Assembly: GCF_006345805.1 (NCBI RefSeq)
Contig: NC_043006.1
Location: forward strand, 38,626,001-38,690,000
Length of the DNA: 64,000 nucleotides
Source of the DNA: Octopus sinensis
Lineage: Eukaryota
Direction: 5' to 3'
Part shown: positions 39,151 to 51,653 of the stretch, piece after piece
Position numbering within the stretch: the first letter of the stretch is position 1
Layout: every line of letters begins with the position of its first letter
The notes under the pieces: model-generated
What the model saw: only the letters and a program-made list of their open reading frames with translations
Database searches by the model: none
Told to the model about the DNA's origin: nothing
Program-made: the position numbers and the translations under genes

Positions 39151-40350
39151 TACTAGCATTATGACCCGTCGTTGCCGGGTGATAGTGCTAGTGCATGTAT
39201 ATATGTGTATATATATGTGTACATATTACATGTACATCTATATATATACATCTACACATAAAATACAAAATACAAAGTTATATCTAGATATCGCTAGTGA
39301 TAACAATACTCAAAATATATAACAGACTGGAATTGTTAGCCCGTCTCTTGTAATTTCGATCAATTGTATCTTGTCCTCCCTCTTGTATAGAAGTGTGGCT
39401 ACAATCCAGCCTACCTCTACTTCTGGGAGGGGGAGCATTTTTAATTTTTATCTGGGACGTCCTATGTCCCAGATATAAAGGTAAAGATAAAATATTTCCA
39501 CTTTGCAAGTTCGAGTCAAGTACTCCCTTGCACGCTCCGTTGACTTTTATTGTGGTGAATTTACCGCCTCTGGCTAGATATCTTTCATAGTCGCACCAAG
39601 ACACTTTTCAAAGGTGCTTTCCTCCAGGTGTTCAAATCTTCTTTTTTCTTTACATTGTATACTTTATAGACAATAGTCTTTTCTTTAATTTAATTTTTTA
39701 TTATCATCTGGATTATTCCATTTCTGCACACTAATTTTATTTTTAATTTATTCCCATTCATGTGAAACCACTTATTCAAGTTCAAGTCATTGATGCAATT
39801 TTATACCAATTGCTATTTTTACGTTTCTTATGTTACAATTTAATTATTATATTATACTTTAGTTTGGTTTTAATTATTACTTACTATATATAACTCAATT
39901 GTTATTATTATCTCTAATTTTTATTGTTAAAGTGAAATATCTGACATAAAATAGAGAAATGTTTTTGTTTCATTTTTAACACATAATACTGAAATAGTGG
40001 AGAAGATATGATATTGCTATGGGCTCGCCCTAGGCAAGAAGTTGAACATTTTTGCTTGCCCATGAAACTACATGGACCCTAAGTAAAGCATGTGAAAAAT
40101 TTGAATGAAATTGGTTGTGTAGTTCTCAAGTTTTAGGGAATCGTAGTGGAGAAAATATGATATTGCTGTGGGCTCGCCCTAGGCAAAAAGATAAACATTT
40201 TTTTTGCCGATGACACTCCCCGGACCCTAAGTAAGGCATGTGTAAAATTTGAATGAAATTGGTTGTGTAGTTCTCAAGTTTTAAGGAAACACACAGACAG
40301 ACAGATAGACAGACAGACACACGTTCTCAGTTTTATATATATATATAGAT
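39151..40350 (+). mobile_element. Helentron/HINE (DINE-1-like) non-autonomous element with an internal 149-bp tandem duplication
   Basis: 5' ACTAG..gacccgtcgttgccgggt; core aaatttgaatgaaattggttgtgtagtt occurs twice (40009 and 40158 registers); 3' (CAGA)n followed by ttttatatatatatagat. Confidence 0.6.
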
Positions 40351-40353
40351 ATA

Positions 40354-40410
<57 letters not shown>

Positions 40411-40431
40411 GTGTACATATATATATGTATG

Positions 40432-40469
<38 letters not shown>

Positions 40470-40683
40470 GTGTATGAAGAAATGGAGCTGAACGAAGATT
40501 TAACAAAATTCCTTTTTATTATTTTCTACATATGTTTTTCTGCTGTGATTTTTGCTACCCAGGTATCGGTTATCTTTTGAATAATCCGTAACAAGATAAT
40601 TCATTTATCCATTTCAATAATATATATATATATATGTATGTGTATATATATGTGTGTGTGTGTATATATATATATACATATAC

Positions 40684-40718
<35 letters not shown>

Positions 40719-40748
40719 TGTATGTATATATATATATATATATATATA

Positions 40749-41041
40749 TGGTGGCACATGGCTTAGTGGTTAGAGCAGCGGACTGGTGGTCAAGGGATCG
40801 CGGGTTCAAATCTCAGACTGGGTGATGTGTGTGTGTTTATGAGCGAAGCACCTAAGCTCCACGTGGCCGGCAGAAGGTAATGTCGAACTTCTGCTGACTC
40901 TTTCGCCACAACTTTCTCTCACTCTTTCCTCCTGCATCTTGCAGCTCACCTGTGATGGACCAGCGTCCCGTCCAAGTGAGGAACCTACACGCCAAGGAAA
41001 CCGGCCCTTATGAGCCAGGCATGGCTTAGAAGGAACAAACA
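40749..41041 (+). mobile_element. tRNA-derived SINE with a V-domain-like segment
   Basis: A and B boxes; gatggaccagcgtcccgtcc; the 3' tail atgagccaggcatgg is shared with 13580-13630. Confidence 0.7.
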
Positions 41042-41109
<68 letters not shown>

Positions 41110-41110
<1 letters not shown>

Positions 41111-41500
41111 CTAGCAGCATCTCCCGGCGTTGCTCGGATTTGTAAGGGAAATAACTATATAAGCATTTTTAGAGTGTTATAGCCAAAAAATAGCAAAAAA
41201 AATGAGAAAAAAATTATGGTAAATTTTTTTTTAAATCGTTGACTCATCGTAGACATTTTTAGAGAGTTACTTCCCTTATATAATAGTGAAAAAAATGCAT
41301 TAAAATGGAACAAAATGATGGTAAATTTTTTTTTTAATCGTAGACTCATCGTAGACGCACGCTAATACCCAGAAGGGCTCGATATGAATCACAACTATAA
41401 GATACCCGGTTTTGGTTAAACTGCACTGCAAAATGTGGGAGTAGTTAGGAATCTAAATCGTAGGAGACAGACACACAACCTTACTTTTATAAATAAAGAT
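41110..41500 (+). mobile_element. Second HINE-like element
   Basis: 5' ACTAG..ccggcgttgctcgg; internal duplication; 3' cagacacacaac..ttttataaataaagat. Confidence 0.55.
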
Positions 41501-42008
41501 ATATAGTCATTTGACTGTAGCCATGCCGGAGCACTGCCTTTAGTCGAACAAATCACCCCTGGGATTTATTCTTTGTAAGCCTAGTACTTATTGTATTGGT
41601 CTCTTTTGCCAAACCACTAAGTTACGGTTGTCAAGCAGTGGTGGGAGGGAAGACAAACATGGACACACAAACATATACATACATATATATATATATATGA
41701 GTTCAGCAAAAATTTAGATTCAGATGATTAAGGTACTTAAGTTGAGGCACCAGAATTTAGTACGATATTATCCATAAAATTTCAAAGTAAGGTGATTAAA
41801 ATCAAAATAAGCAACAAGGATATCCATAGGGACATATTTTGATTATATACATATATGTATATATATATATGATGGGTTTCTTTCTGTTTCTGTCTAACAA
41901 ATCCACTCACAAGTCTTTGTTTGGTTTGAAGCTATAGTAGGAGACACTTGCCCAAGGTGCCATGCACTGGGACTAAACCTGGAACAATGTGGGTGGTAAG
42001 TAGCTACT

Positions 42009-42051
<43 letters not shown>

Positions 42052-42294
42052 TTTATAAAATTGAATAAGATAGAGTGAGCAAGAAAGAGTATGGTTGGAC
42101 AGTTATTTTTTAGTCACTACACATGTTTCTAGTTTCTGTACAACATAGTCTTTCATATATACGGGTATTTGATTATGCAACAGTTTACCTGTATAATGGG
42201 ATCCAGTTTTATTCCTTCAGGTGATATTCAATTGCTGTCCTCGTTAGTTAAAAATCCTTCAATTTCAGTGCTACATTACTAACGGAATATACCT

Positions 42295-42329
<35 letters not shown>

Positions 42330-42530
42330 TTCTATTCTTCTACTTGTTTCACTCATTTGACTGTGGCCATAATGGAGCACCACCTTTAGTTGAACAAACT
42401 GCCCCCACAACTTATTCTTTGTATATATATATATATATATATATATACATGTGTATATGTATGTATATATATGTGTGTGTGTATGTATGTATGTATGTAT
42501 GTATGTGTATATATATATATATATATATAT

Positions 42531-42930
42531 AAGGAGTGGCTTTGTGATAAGAAGCTTGCTTCCTGCCATATGGTTCCAGGTTCAGTCCTACTGCATGGCA
42601 TCTTGTGCAAGTGTCTTCTACTATAGCCACAGGCCGACCATGCCTTGTGAATGGATTTGGTAGAAGGAAAATGAAAGAAGACTATCGTATATATCTATAT
42701 ATATATATATATATACATCTGTTTGTGTGTCTGTGTTTGTCCCCGCACCATCATTTGGCAATGGATGTTGGTGTGTTTACATCCCATAACTTAGTGGTTT
42801 GCGCCAAAAGAGACCAATACACTAAATACTAGGCTTATAAAGAATAAGTCCTGAGGTTGATTCATTTGACTAAAGGTAGTGCTCCATCATGGCAACAATC
42901 AAATGACTGAAACAAGTAAAAGAATAAAAG
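42531..42930 (+). mobile_element. Full-length copy of the abundant SINE
   Basis: Same consensus. Confidence 0.85.
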
Positions 42931-43058
42931 AATATATACATATATGTATATAAGTTCATATATTATATATACTTTTATGATGATATATAATGTGACCTCG
43001 TGAGTACCGTTGGCGATTTTTTTCCTCTGTCTTCCCTTCTTGGGATCTTTCCTTCTAT

Positions 43059-43093
43059 GTTTCCGACGAAGAGCTCCGCTCGAAACGTTAAAC
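43059..43093 (+). ncRNA. Type I hammerhead motif, family B (U4C), within a repeat at about 42990-43200
   Basis: GTTT-CCGACGA-a-GAGC tcc GCTC-GAAA-CGTT-AAAC; palindromic ACGT stem III. Confidence 0.7.
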
Positions 43094-43197
43094 CCTCCTT
43101 CTTCCCTTCTTTCCTGAGCGTTCAATAATACTATATTTGTTCCACGTCCTCACATTGTGTTTTTTTTGTGTTTTTTTGTGTTTTCTGGTTTGGATTA

Positions 43198-43237
<40 letters not shown>

Positions 43238-44244
43238 AGAAGGTTGAATGTGAGCTTGTCCTTTCGTTGAAGTATTTTCCAAAGATTTCTGACGTTGTTT
43301 CTTTGCACTTTATTTTTGAATTTACTTGTGTAAATTAGTGTAGATATAAAATCTTATATAGAAATATTAAGTATATGATTTAACTTATTAAACACAGTTC
43401 AACAAATTCATTCATATTTACATAAATGGAAGAGATTAGATGTTAAAATGGATTCTAGTTTTTATTACAGATGTTGCTATACAATTTGTTTCATACAGAA
43501 AGACAGGAATATTCATAATAGAAAATCTTAGTTGTCAGAAAGTACTTGTCGGCAGCTTGGATAAAGACTAAAGAGATGTTAGAAGTACATGGGTTTGGTG
43601 TTAATAATCATGTTATAATGAGTTCTAGTTCTTAGAGTTATGTCTATTTTAAACACGACTCTGTCTGTCTGTATGTCTGTCTGTCTGTATGTATGTATGT
43701 ATGTATGTATGTATGTATCTATCTATCTATCAATCTGTCTATATAATTGGCTGAAAGTGGTGGGATTTTCTGGTCTCTTGACTGAGGAGAGACTGTGAAT
43801 GACCTGTCCTCCTTCGTTCTTATCATCTATCTGTCCGGATGTTTTATTGTCACATGTTGCATTCTTGTTCCATCCCTTGGATTTATAAATATATATATAT
43901 ATATTTATTGTATTTTTGTATTTATATTCGTGTAACATTGTCTGTTTTTCTGTCCTTGTTTTCGTATACATTCGCTGCTTGTTTCCAAGGAATCTAATGC
44001 TCTTAGCTTAGTTTTTCCTTGGAGCTGGCCAGATTGGAGCAATCTCAAGATTAATCAGATGAAATTGCGAGGTTCTTGACTAAAGATAAAAGGCTTCGAA
44101 TGACCTATCCTTGTTTTTTTATATCGTCTATCTGGATGTTTTGTTGTCCCTTTTTGTATCACCTAGTTGTCCGGATGTTTTGCGTTCTTGTCCCATTTTG
44201 TATTTTATTTTTTATATATATATAGCGGCATACGTACACTTTGT

Positions 44245-44317
<73 letters not shown>

Positions 44318-45169
44318 TAAACACAAAAGCAGAAGGCACAAAATAGAACAGCTACTTCCTACTTCACCAGAAATGGTACAGAAAAGGAACCGAAACATGC
44401 AGAAAGGTGGTGCTCCAGCATGGCCCCCACCTCTAGATGAAACCAGTGAAAGATGACATATAAAAGATATATGTATAAGTTTTTGGAAAGAATTCTTGCA
44501 ACTGTCACAATATTTGAGGGAAGATTTTCTTAAATTAAGAATTATTAATTATATAAAAAAAATTTCCTAAAAACAGAATGCCATGAATCTTTTGCAAAGA
44601 AGTTTTTACAATGTATTAAGCACTTTCACTACACACACACACACACATACACGTGCGTGGATATATATGTATGTGCTCGTGTGTTTCTACATATATGTAT
44701 ATTTCTGTATATCTGAAGATGTGTTTTCTTGTATATAATATTGCTTGATACATATAAATATCTATGCACACACACACACACGCACACATGTATCTGCGTG
44801 CGTGTATGCATATGCACACATGAATGTGCACTGAGACACACACACACACCACGCACATAAATGAGCAGAGGTGCACATAAAATAAGATGTATATATGACA
44901 GAAGTAGGTGCATTCTTGAATATGATTTATATTTATGAACATAAAGGGATGTGTGTGTGTGTGTGTGTGTGTGTGCATAATATAACACATACATATCTGA
45001 AGGAAATCAGAAACTGAAAAGACTACTGTATCACTTGGAGAAAGAAGAACTGCGGGAGAAGGGGTGAAGTATGGATGTACATAGCTGGTGGTGGGTGCCC
45101 TCATGAGATGGTGGCGGTTGTTACAAAGGTGGATGTATATATGTGTATGTATATATATATATGTTTGTA

Positions 45170-45210
<41 letters not shown>

Positions 45211-45243
45211 ATATATATATATATATGTATGTATATATATATG

Positions 45244-45292
<49 letters not shown>

Positions 45293-45333
45293 CACACATA
45301 TATATATGCATAAACATACATACACACATTTAG

Positions 45334-45368
<35 letters not shown>

Positions 45369-45412
45369 AAGAGAGAAAGAAAGAGAGAGATAGTTAGGAA
45401 GACAGGTAGGCA

Positions 45413-45456
<44 letters not shown>

Positions 45457-45580
45457 GAGTGAAAGAGATAGGGTCACAGTGATGAGAGTGAATGAGGTAA
45501 AATACTGAAAGTGAAGAGAGCAGAAGTTTGAAAAAAAAATATTATTATGATGATAATGATGATGATGACGGTGGTGGTGG

Positions 45581-45612
<32 letters not shown>

Positions 45613-46704
45613 TTGATGGCGGTGGAGGTGGTGGTGGTGGTTGTAGCAGTGGTGATGATGAGCAGAAGTAGGAAGAAAAACAATATTGAAGAGATGTGAA
45701 GGAGAGATGAAGAAAAGTAGCACTGCAGTGGAAACCGGTGGAGAAAGTGTTGTGGTGTCGGTGGGGTGGGGGTGAAGTGGGGTAAAGGAGAGATGAAGAG
45801 GAAGACAGAGAGAGGAGGAAATAGAGAATAAGAAAGGTTAGCAGGAGAGATGGTGTGTGTGTGTATGTGAGAGTGTGTTTGTGTGAAAGCGTAAGTGTGT
45901 GTGTGAGAGAGAGTGTATGAGTGTGAGCATGTTTGTGAGTGTGTGTGTGAGAATGCATGTGTGTGAGAATGCGTATGTGTGAGAGTGTGTGTGTGCATTT
46001 GTGAGAGTGTGTGTGAGTGTATGCGTGAGAGTGTGTATGTGTGAGTGTGTGTATGTGAGTGCGTTGTGTGAGAAAGAGTGTATGAGTGTGAGAGTGTGTG
46101 TGTGAGTGTATGTCAGTGTGAGAGTGTGTGTGTGGGAGTGTGTATGTGTGTGTGTGCGTGCGTGTGTGTATGTGTGTGTGAGTGAGAGAGAGAGAGAGAG
46201 TGTAATAGAATGAAGGAAAAGAGAAGAAAAGTGGCAGAGAGAAAGACAGGGAGAGAGAGAGAGATGAAAAAGAGAGAGTAAGAAAGACAGAGAGTGTAAG
46301 AATGTCTTCGAGAGAGAGGCAGAGAGAGAGAAGTGGGGGAGAATGTAGAAGAAAAGGAATAGAATTATAATATTAGATTGCTTGAGTGGTAATTAACTTC
46401 GCTAATTAATGCTTTTAAAATGAAAATATTCCCATAACACTAACAGCAAACCACTTGTAAGTGGGCTTTAATCATCATCATCATCAACATCCTTGTTATT
46501 CTTACTACTACTACCACCACTACCACACCACCGCTACTATTACCATCACCACTTCTATAATTACCGATACAAACCTACCACTGCCACCACTACCACTATC
46601 ACCACCACCACAACCTACTACTATTTCTACTACTACAAGCACCAATGCTTCTACCACCACCACCACCACCACCACCAGTACTACTGCTACAAGCACCAAT
46701 TCTT

Positions 46705-46744
<40 letters not shown>

Positions 46745-46798
46745 CACCACCACCACCACAACCTACTACAACTTCTACTACTACAATCACCAATGCTT

Positions 46799-46829
<31 letters not shown>

Positions 46830-48657
46830 CACCACCACCACAACTACCACCACCTGCTACCGCCACTACCGCCATCACCAGCACCAACAACACTGCCACC
46901 ACCACCTGCTGCCGCCATCTCCACCATCACTGCCATCAGCAGCATCACCACTACCACTGTGACTAATATCGACCTGTATTTCAAACTCTGTTTCTCTCCC
47001 ATCCTGATGCGGTGCCAATCCCATCTACATAGATTCTTCATATGGTTTCTTTAATCCTTCTCTGTGGATTAGCAGAATTATTAGAGAACCAGACAATATG
47101 CTTTGCCTTCCGTGATTTCTTTCTACTCTTTACCGTCTGATTTCAAATCCTGCTAAGACAACGGTCAACTTAGCTTTCAGACTGGTGGGGATTAATAAAA
47201 CAAAGAACCAGTCAAGTACTGCTAGCGGTATTTTGTCTGTCTTTACGTTCTGAGTTCAAATTCCGTCGAGACCAACTCTGCCTTTCATCCTTTTGGGGGT
47301 CGATAAATTAAGTACCAGTTGCGAATTGGGGTCGATCTGATCGACTGGCCCTCTCCCCAAAAATTTCGGACCTTGTGCTTAGAATAGAAAAGGTTAATGA
47401 CATTGACTGGAACCCCCTCCCCATCTTCAGATTTCCTGGTATTGATCCAGGATTTGAAATATCATCATCATTGTCCACATCATTTAATCTTTGAGGTGGT
47501 GCCATGCAAAAAGCACCTAGTGCCACATAAGAGTTACCAGTGCTGGTGCCACATAAAAAAATGCACCTGCATTGGTGTCACGTTAAGATGCGCCCATGTT
47601 GGTGGCATGTAAAAATGCACCCAGGGCATTCTGTAAAGTGGTTGGCACTAAGAAAGGTATCCAACCTTGGTAAGCATTCCAAAACAGACAATCAGAGCCT
47701 GGTGCAGCTCCCAGGTTTGCCAATTCCTGTTAAACTGTCGAACCCATGCCAGCATGGAAAATGTATATTAAATGATGACGATGACAATGATGATGATGAT
47801 GATGATGGTATTATGACGACCACAACAATGATGATGTTCCATACTGTACGGGTTGAATGTCAATTATTTTTCTCACAAATGAAATTGACAATGCAACACA
47901 ATCTCAATAACCACAACCCACGACATATTCTCATCAACAGAGACTCCTCTCAATGCACAATAAGTCCTCTTATCACTCCAGCTTAATGTAGAAACTTAGA
48001 AAAAAACCACAAGATCACATTGAGATCCAATTTCAATTTTGGCATGGTTTCCCCCCACCGTCATGCTCTTCCGAATGTTGACCATTTTGCAGAGTGCACT
48101 AGGTGCATTTTTATGTGAGGTCACCAAGTGATTTGCAAAAGAAGAACAGGAAAAAGAAGACAGGAACAAGCACCCCTAAGCCAAGTGGTGGTGATGGTGG
48201 AGAGAGTATTTGTGAAGCAGATGTCAACCACATGGCCTCATTGAATTCCATTTCAGTTTTAGCATGGCTTCTTCCACTTTGTTGTCCTTCCAAATGCCAA
48301 CCATTTACAGTATGTACTGGGGGCTTTTCTATGTCACAGGCACAAGTCAGGTTACCAAGTAACCAAGTTTTGATACTCTTCCATCTTTTCCAATTTTTTT
48401 TTTCAACCTTTCCACTTAATCTGTTATCTGCCGGCCATGCTGTAGTAATTATCCAACACAGTCTTCTGGCTTTTTTTCTGTTTTGTTTTTTTTTTTTTTG
48501 TTTTTGAGCAATGATAATACCAGGTCTTCTTGAAATAATTGTTACATTTATTTTGAAGTTTATCCACCGACCTATCTAAGTGACGATATCAAAACAAAAA
48601 CACAAGTATAAAAACGTAAGACATCAAAAAGCAAAAAAAGAAAAGAAACTATCTTAA

Positions 48658-48948
48658 ACTATCATTATAACAGCAAATATCCAGGGTCTTTATCCGAAAA
48701 CAAAACAGTGTAAAGTCCCTTTCTTGGAAGAATTAGCAACAGAAAACAACTCCAAAATAATTGGAATTACTGAAAGTCATCTCAACGAAAACATCCGCAA
48801 CAGCGAAATGACAATCAATAGATTCAACATCTTCAGATGTGATAGACAAGGCAGATCCCATGGGGGCGTTATCATGTATATCCATGATACCTATGCATGC
48901 ATAGAACTTGTCAATGAATCAAATGCCTACTGCAACCTGCTGGCATAA
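48658..48948 (+). pseudogene. N-terminal APE endonuclease segment of the same ORF2, separated by a 1-nt frameshift
   Basis: TIIITANIQGL...IIGITESHL...FRCDRQGRSHGGVIMYI. Adding one base at gca[.]taaaaatc restores continuity into KIIQLNTVVTIMYRPP. Confidence 0.85.
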
Positions 48949-48980
48949 AAATCATCCAACTTAATACAGTTGTAACAATA

Positions 48981-51653
48981 ATGTACAGACCGCCAAACAG
49001 CCCAACATTATCCTTCACTGAGCCACTGACGAAGCTCCAACAAATTCTGGGAAACATGGCAAGTCCAATGCCAGACATTATCCTCCTTGGTGACTTCAAC
49101 TTCCCTAACATCATCTGGCCACATGGACACATACTAAAACTGGGGACAAAAGCTGAACAAATACAGGCAGCCAAACTGTTGGAAGTCACAGAGAAATTAT
49201 ACCTCAAACAAATGATGACAGAAGCAACAAGAAATAATAATACGATCGACTTGGTTTTCACCAACAACGAGGACACGCTATTTGACCTTCACTCAACCCC
49301 AACAATCCTTTCAGACCACAATATTATTGAAATGCATTTACACATTGGTAATGAGCCCAATGCCACAACTCTTAAACAAAAGGACATGCCAAAGCTATGC
49401 AGGTATGATTATCACCAGGCAAATTGGGAAACTATTAACAACCAGTTACAAATCATTGACTGGGATCTCTACCTTACTGGGCCAGATAAACACAAGAAAT
49501 TCTTAAACAAGATCGAAGAAATATGTGAAAAAAATGTTCCTCTAAAGAAAACCAAGCCCACAAAAAAACCTGTACCACGGGAGCGAAAGATCCTGATGCG
49601 CAAAAGGTCAAGACTAAGAAACAAAACATCTAAGCTGACATCAAAACATGAATTACAGAAAGTCCTTGACCAAATATACAGATTAGAAGACAATCTAAAA
49701 CAACACTATGATGAAGAACGTAACAATGCAGAAAAGAGAGCCATAGAAAACATCAAGAAAAATCCAAAATGTTTCTACAGTTTTGCAAAGAAATACTCGA
49801 ACACCAAGTCAACAATAGGACCTCTCCAGAGACAAAATGGGGATGTAGTGAATAACCCTATTGAAATGGCAGAAATGTTGGGTCAACAGTATGAAAGTGT
49901 CTTCAGTGAGCCATATAAAACCATGAAGATCCATGACCCAGGAAAATTCTTCAAGGATATCGACCATACTAAACCTACCCTATCCGACATTGATTTCAAC
50001 CCAGAAGACATAGCAAGAGCCATAGACAAGCTCTCCATGCACTCGGCTGCGGGGCCTGACGGTTTCAATGCCATGATACTTAAAAACTGCAAGGCACAAT
50101 TGTTGAAACCCCTTTACATGATATGGAGGGAATCTATGGAGAATGGCAAAATACCAAATACATATAAAGAAGCACACATAACTCCAATACATAAAGGGGA
50201 CAGCAAATCAAAACCAAAGAACTACCGACCAATCTCACTGACATCACACATTATCAAGGTCTTCGAAAGAATAGTTCGTGGAAAACTGGTTGAGTTCCTG
50301 GAATCCAACAATCTGATGAATTGCAACCAGCATGGATTCAGGTTAGGTAGATCATGCCTTTCCCAACTACTGGCACACCATGACCAAATCCTAGAAAATC
50401 TAGAGAATGGATACAACACAGATGTTATCTACCTCGACTTTGCCAAGGCATTTGACAAGGTAGATCATGGCATCCTGGGTCACAAACTTCGAAAGCTAGG
50501 AGTAGGAGGAAAAGTTGGTACATGGATACACGAGTTCCTTACAAATAGAACTCAAACAGTCACTGTGAATGGAACCCATTCAACACCATCACCTGTGACC
50601 AGCAGTGTTCCTCAGGGTACAGTACTCGGCCCAATCCTGTTTCTCATCCTCATCTCTGACATAGATGAAGATACAACCAGTAACGTCTCATCCTTTGCTG
50701 ATGACACCAGGGTCATGAGACAAATCAAAGACGAGGTGGATACAGAGGCCTTACAAAAGGACCTGACCACCATATATAAATGGCAGGAAACAAACAACAT
50801 GTTGTTCAATGATAAGAAGTTTGAACTAATTCGCTACGGAACAGATCAAGATCTGAAAAATACAACAAACTACAGAAACCCATCAGGACAACAAATAATG
50901 GAAAAACAGTATGTGAAAGATTTAGGCATCCACATGGGAACCAACCTAAAATTCAGAGAACACCTTGACTCAGTCTGTCTTACTGCAAGAAAGTACAGCG
51001 GGTGGATCTTGCGCACCTTCAAATCAAGAGATACCTCAACAATGAAAACCCTCTGGAACAGTATGATACTTCCGAGGATTGACTACTGTTCTCAGTTGTG
51101 GTCACCAACAACAAAGGGCCAACTATCTAAGATAGAATCGCTCCAAAGAAATTTTACCTCATACTTCTCAGAAACGAGGGACCTGGACTATTGGCAAAGA
51201 CTCAAAACCTTGAGGATGTACTCAATAGAAAGAAGATTTGAGCGATACCGAATTATATACATTTGGAAAATGATAGAGCAGAAGGTGCCAAACTTTGGTA
51301 TCAAAACTTACCACTCACTGCGCCACGGAAGACGCTGCCAGCTGCCACCAATCAACAAAAAGGCTGGCCAGGCAGCAAAAACCCTGCGAGAATCAAGTCT
51401 GTTGGTTCGAGGAGCACAACTGTTCAACTCCATTCCGGTACATGTCAGAAATCTATCAGGATGCAGTGTGGAATCATTCAAATTGCAACTGGATAGATAC
51501 TTAAGCACCATTAGAGATGAACCCCATCTCCCAGGATATACACAACGAGCACAAACTGACTCAAACTCGCTCCTACACATGTCAAAATTAAGCAGAGAAT
51601 ACAACCTGGCAACCACACCAGACTCTGAGGGTGGAGTCTTCGACTTGGCCTGA
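48981..51653 (+). CDS. LINE ORF2: C-terminal APE endonuclease plus reverse transcriptase (CR1 clade)
   Basis: 890-aa uninterrupted ORF with YRPP, GDFN, SDH, NYRPISLTS, QHGFR, YLDFAKAFDKVDH, SVPQGTVLGP and FADDT motifs, and a CR1-type C-terminus (YWQRLKTLRMYSIERRFERY). Confidence 0.92.
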   Translation: MYRPPNSPTLSFTEPLTKLQQILGNMASPMPDIILLGDFNFPNIIWPHGHILKLGTKAEQIQAAKLLEVTEKLYLKQMMTEATRNNNTIDLVFTNNEDTLFDLHSTPTILSDHNIIEMHLHIGNEPNATTLKQKDMPKLCRYDYHQANWETINNQLQIIDWDLYLTGPDKHKKFLNKIEEICEKNVPLKKTKPTKKPVPRERKILMRKRSRLRNKTSKLTSKHELQKVLDQIYRLEDNLKQHYDEERNNAEKRAIENIKKNPKCFYSFAKKYSNTKSTIGPLQRQNGDVVNNPIEMAEMLGQQYESVFSEPYKTMKIHDPGKFFKDIDHTKPTLSDIDFNPEDIARAIDKLSMHSAAGPDGFNAMILKNCKAQLLKPLYMIWRESMENGKIPNTYKEAHITPIHKGDSKSKPKNYRPISLTSHIIKVFERIVRGKLVEFLESNNLMNCNQHGFRLGRSCLSQLLAHHDQILENLENGYNTDVIYLDFAKAFDKVDHGILGHKLRKLGVGGKVGTWIHEFLTNRTQTVTVNGTHSTPSPVTSSVPQGTVLGPILFLILISDIDEDTTSNVSSFADDTRVMRQIKDEVDTEALQKDLTTIYKWQETNNMLFNDKKFELIRYGTDQDLKNTTNYRNPSGQQIMEKQYVKDLGIHMGTNLKFREHLDSVCLTARKYSGWILRTFKSRDTSTMKTLWNSMILPRIDYCSQLWSPTTKGQLSKIESLQRNFTSYFSETRDLDYWQRLKTLRMYSIERRFERYRIIYIWKMIEQKVPNFGIKTYHSLRHGRRCQLPPINKKAGQAAKTLRESSLLVRGAQLFNSIPVHVRNLSGCSVESFKLQLDRYLSTIRDEPHLPGYTQRAQTDSNSLLHMSKLSREYNLATTPDSEGGVFDLA

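Noticed and set aside
43735-44200. Two related units with CTGAGGA...GAAT motifs, a possible fifth HHR family
   Set aside because: Probably a repeat terminus, but GAAA and a foldable stem II are missing.
49282-51616. Several short ORFs overlapping the LINE ORF2
   Set aside because: Antisense or off-frame shadows of the RT ORF.
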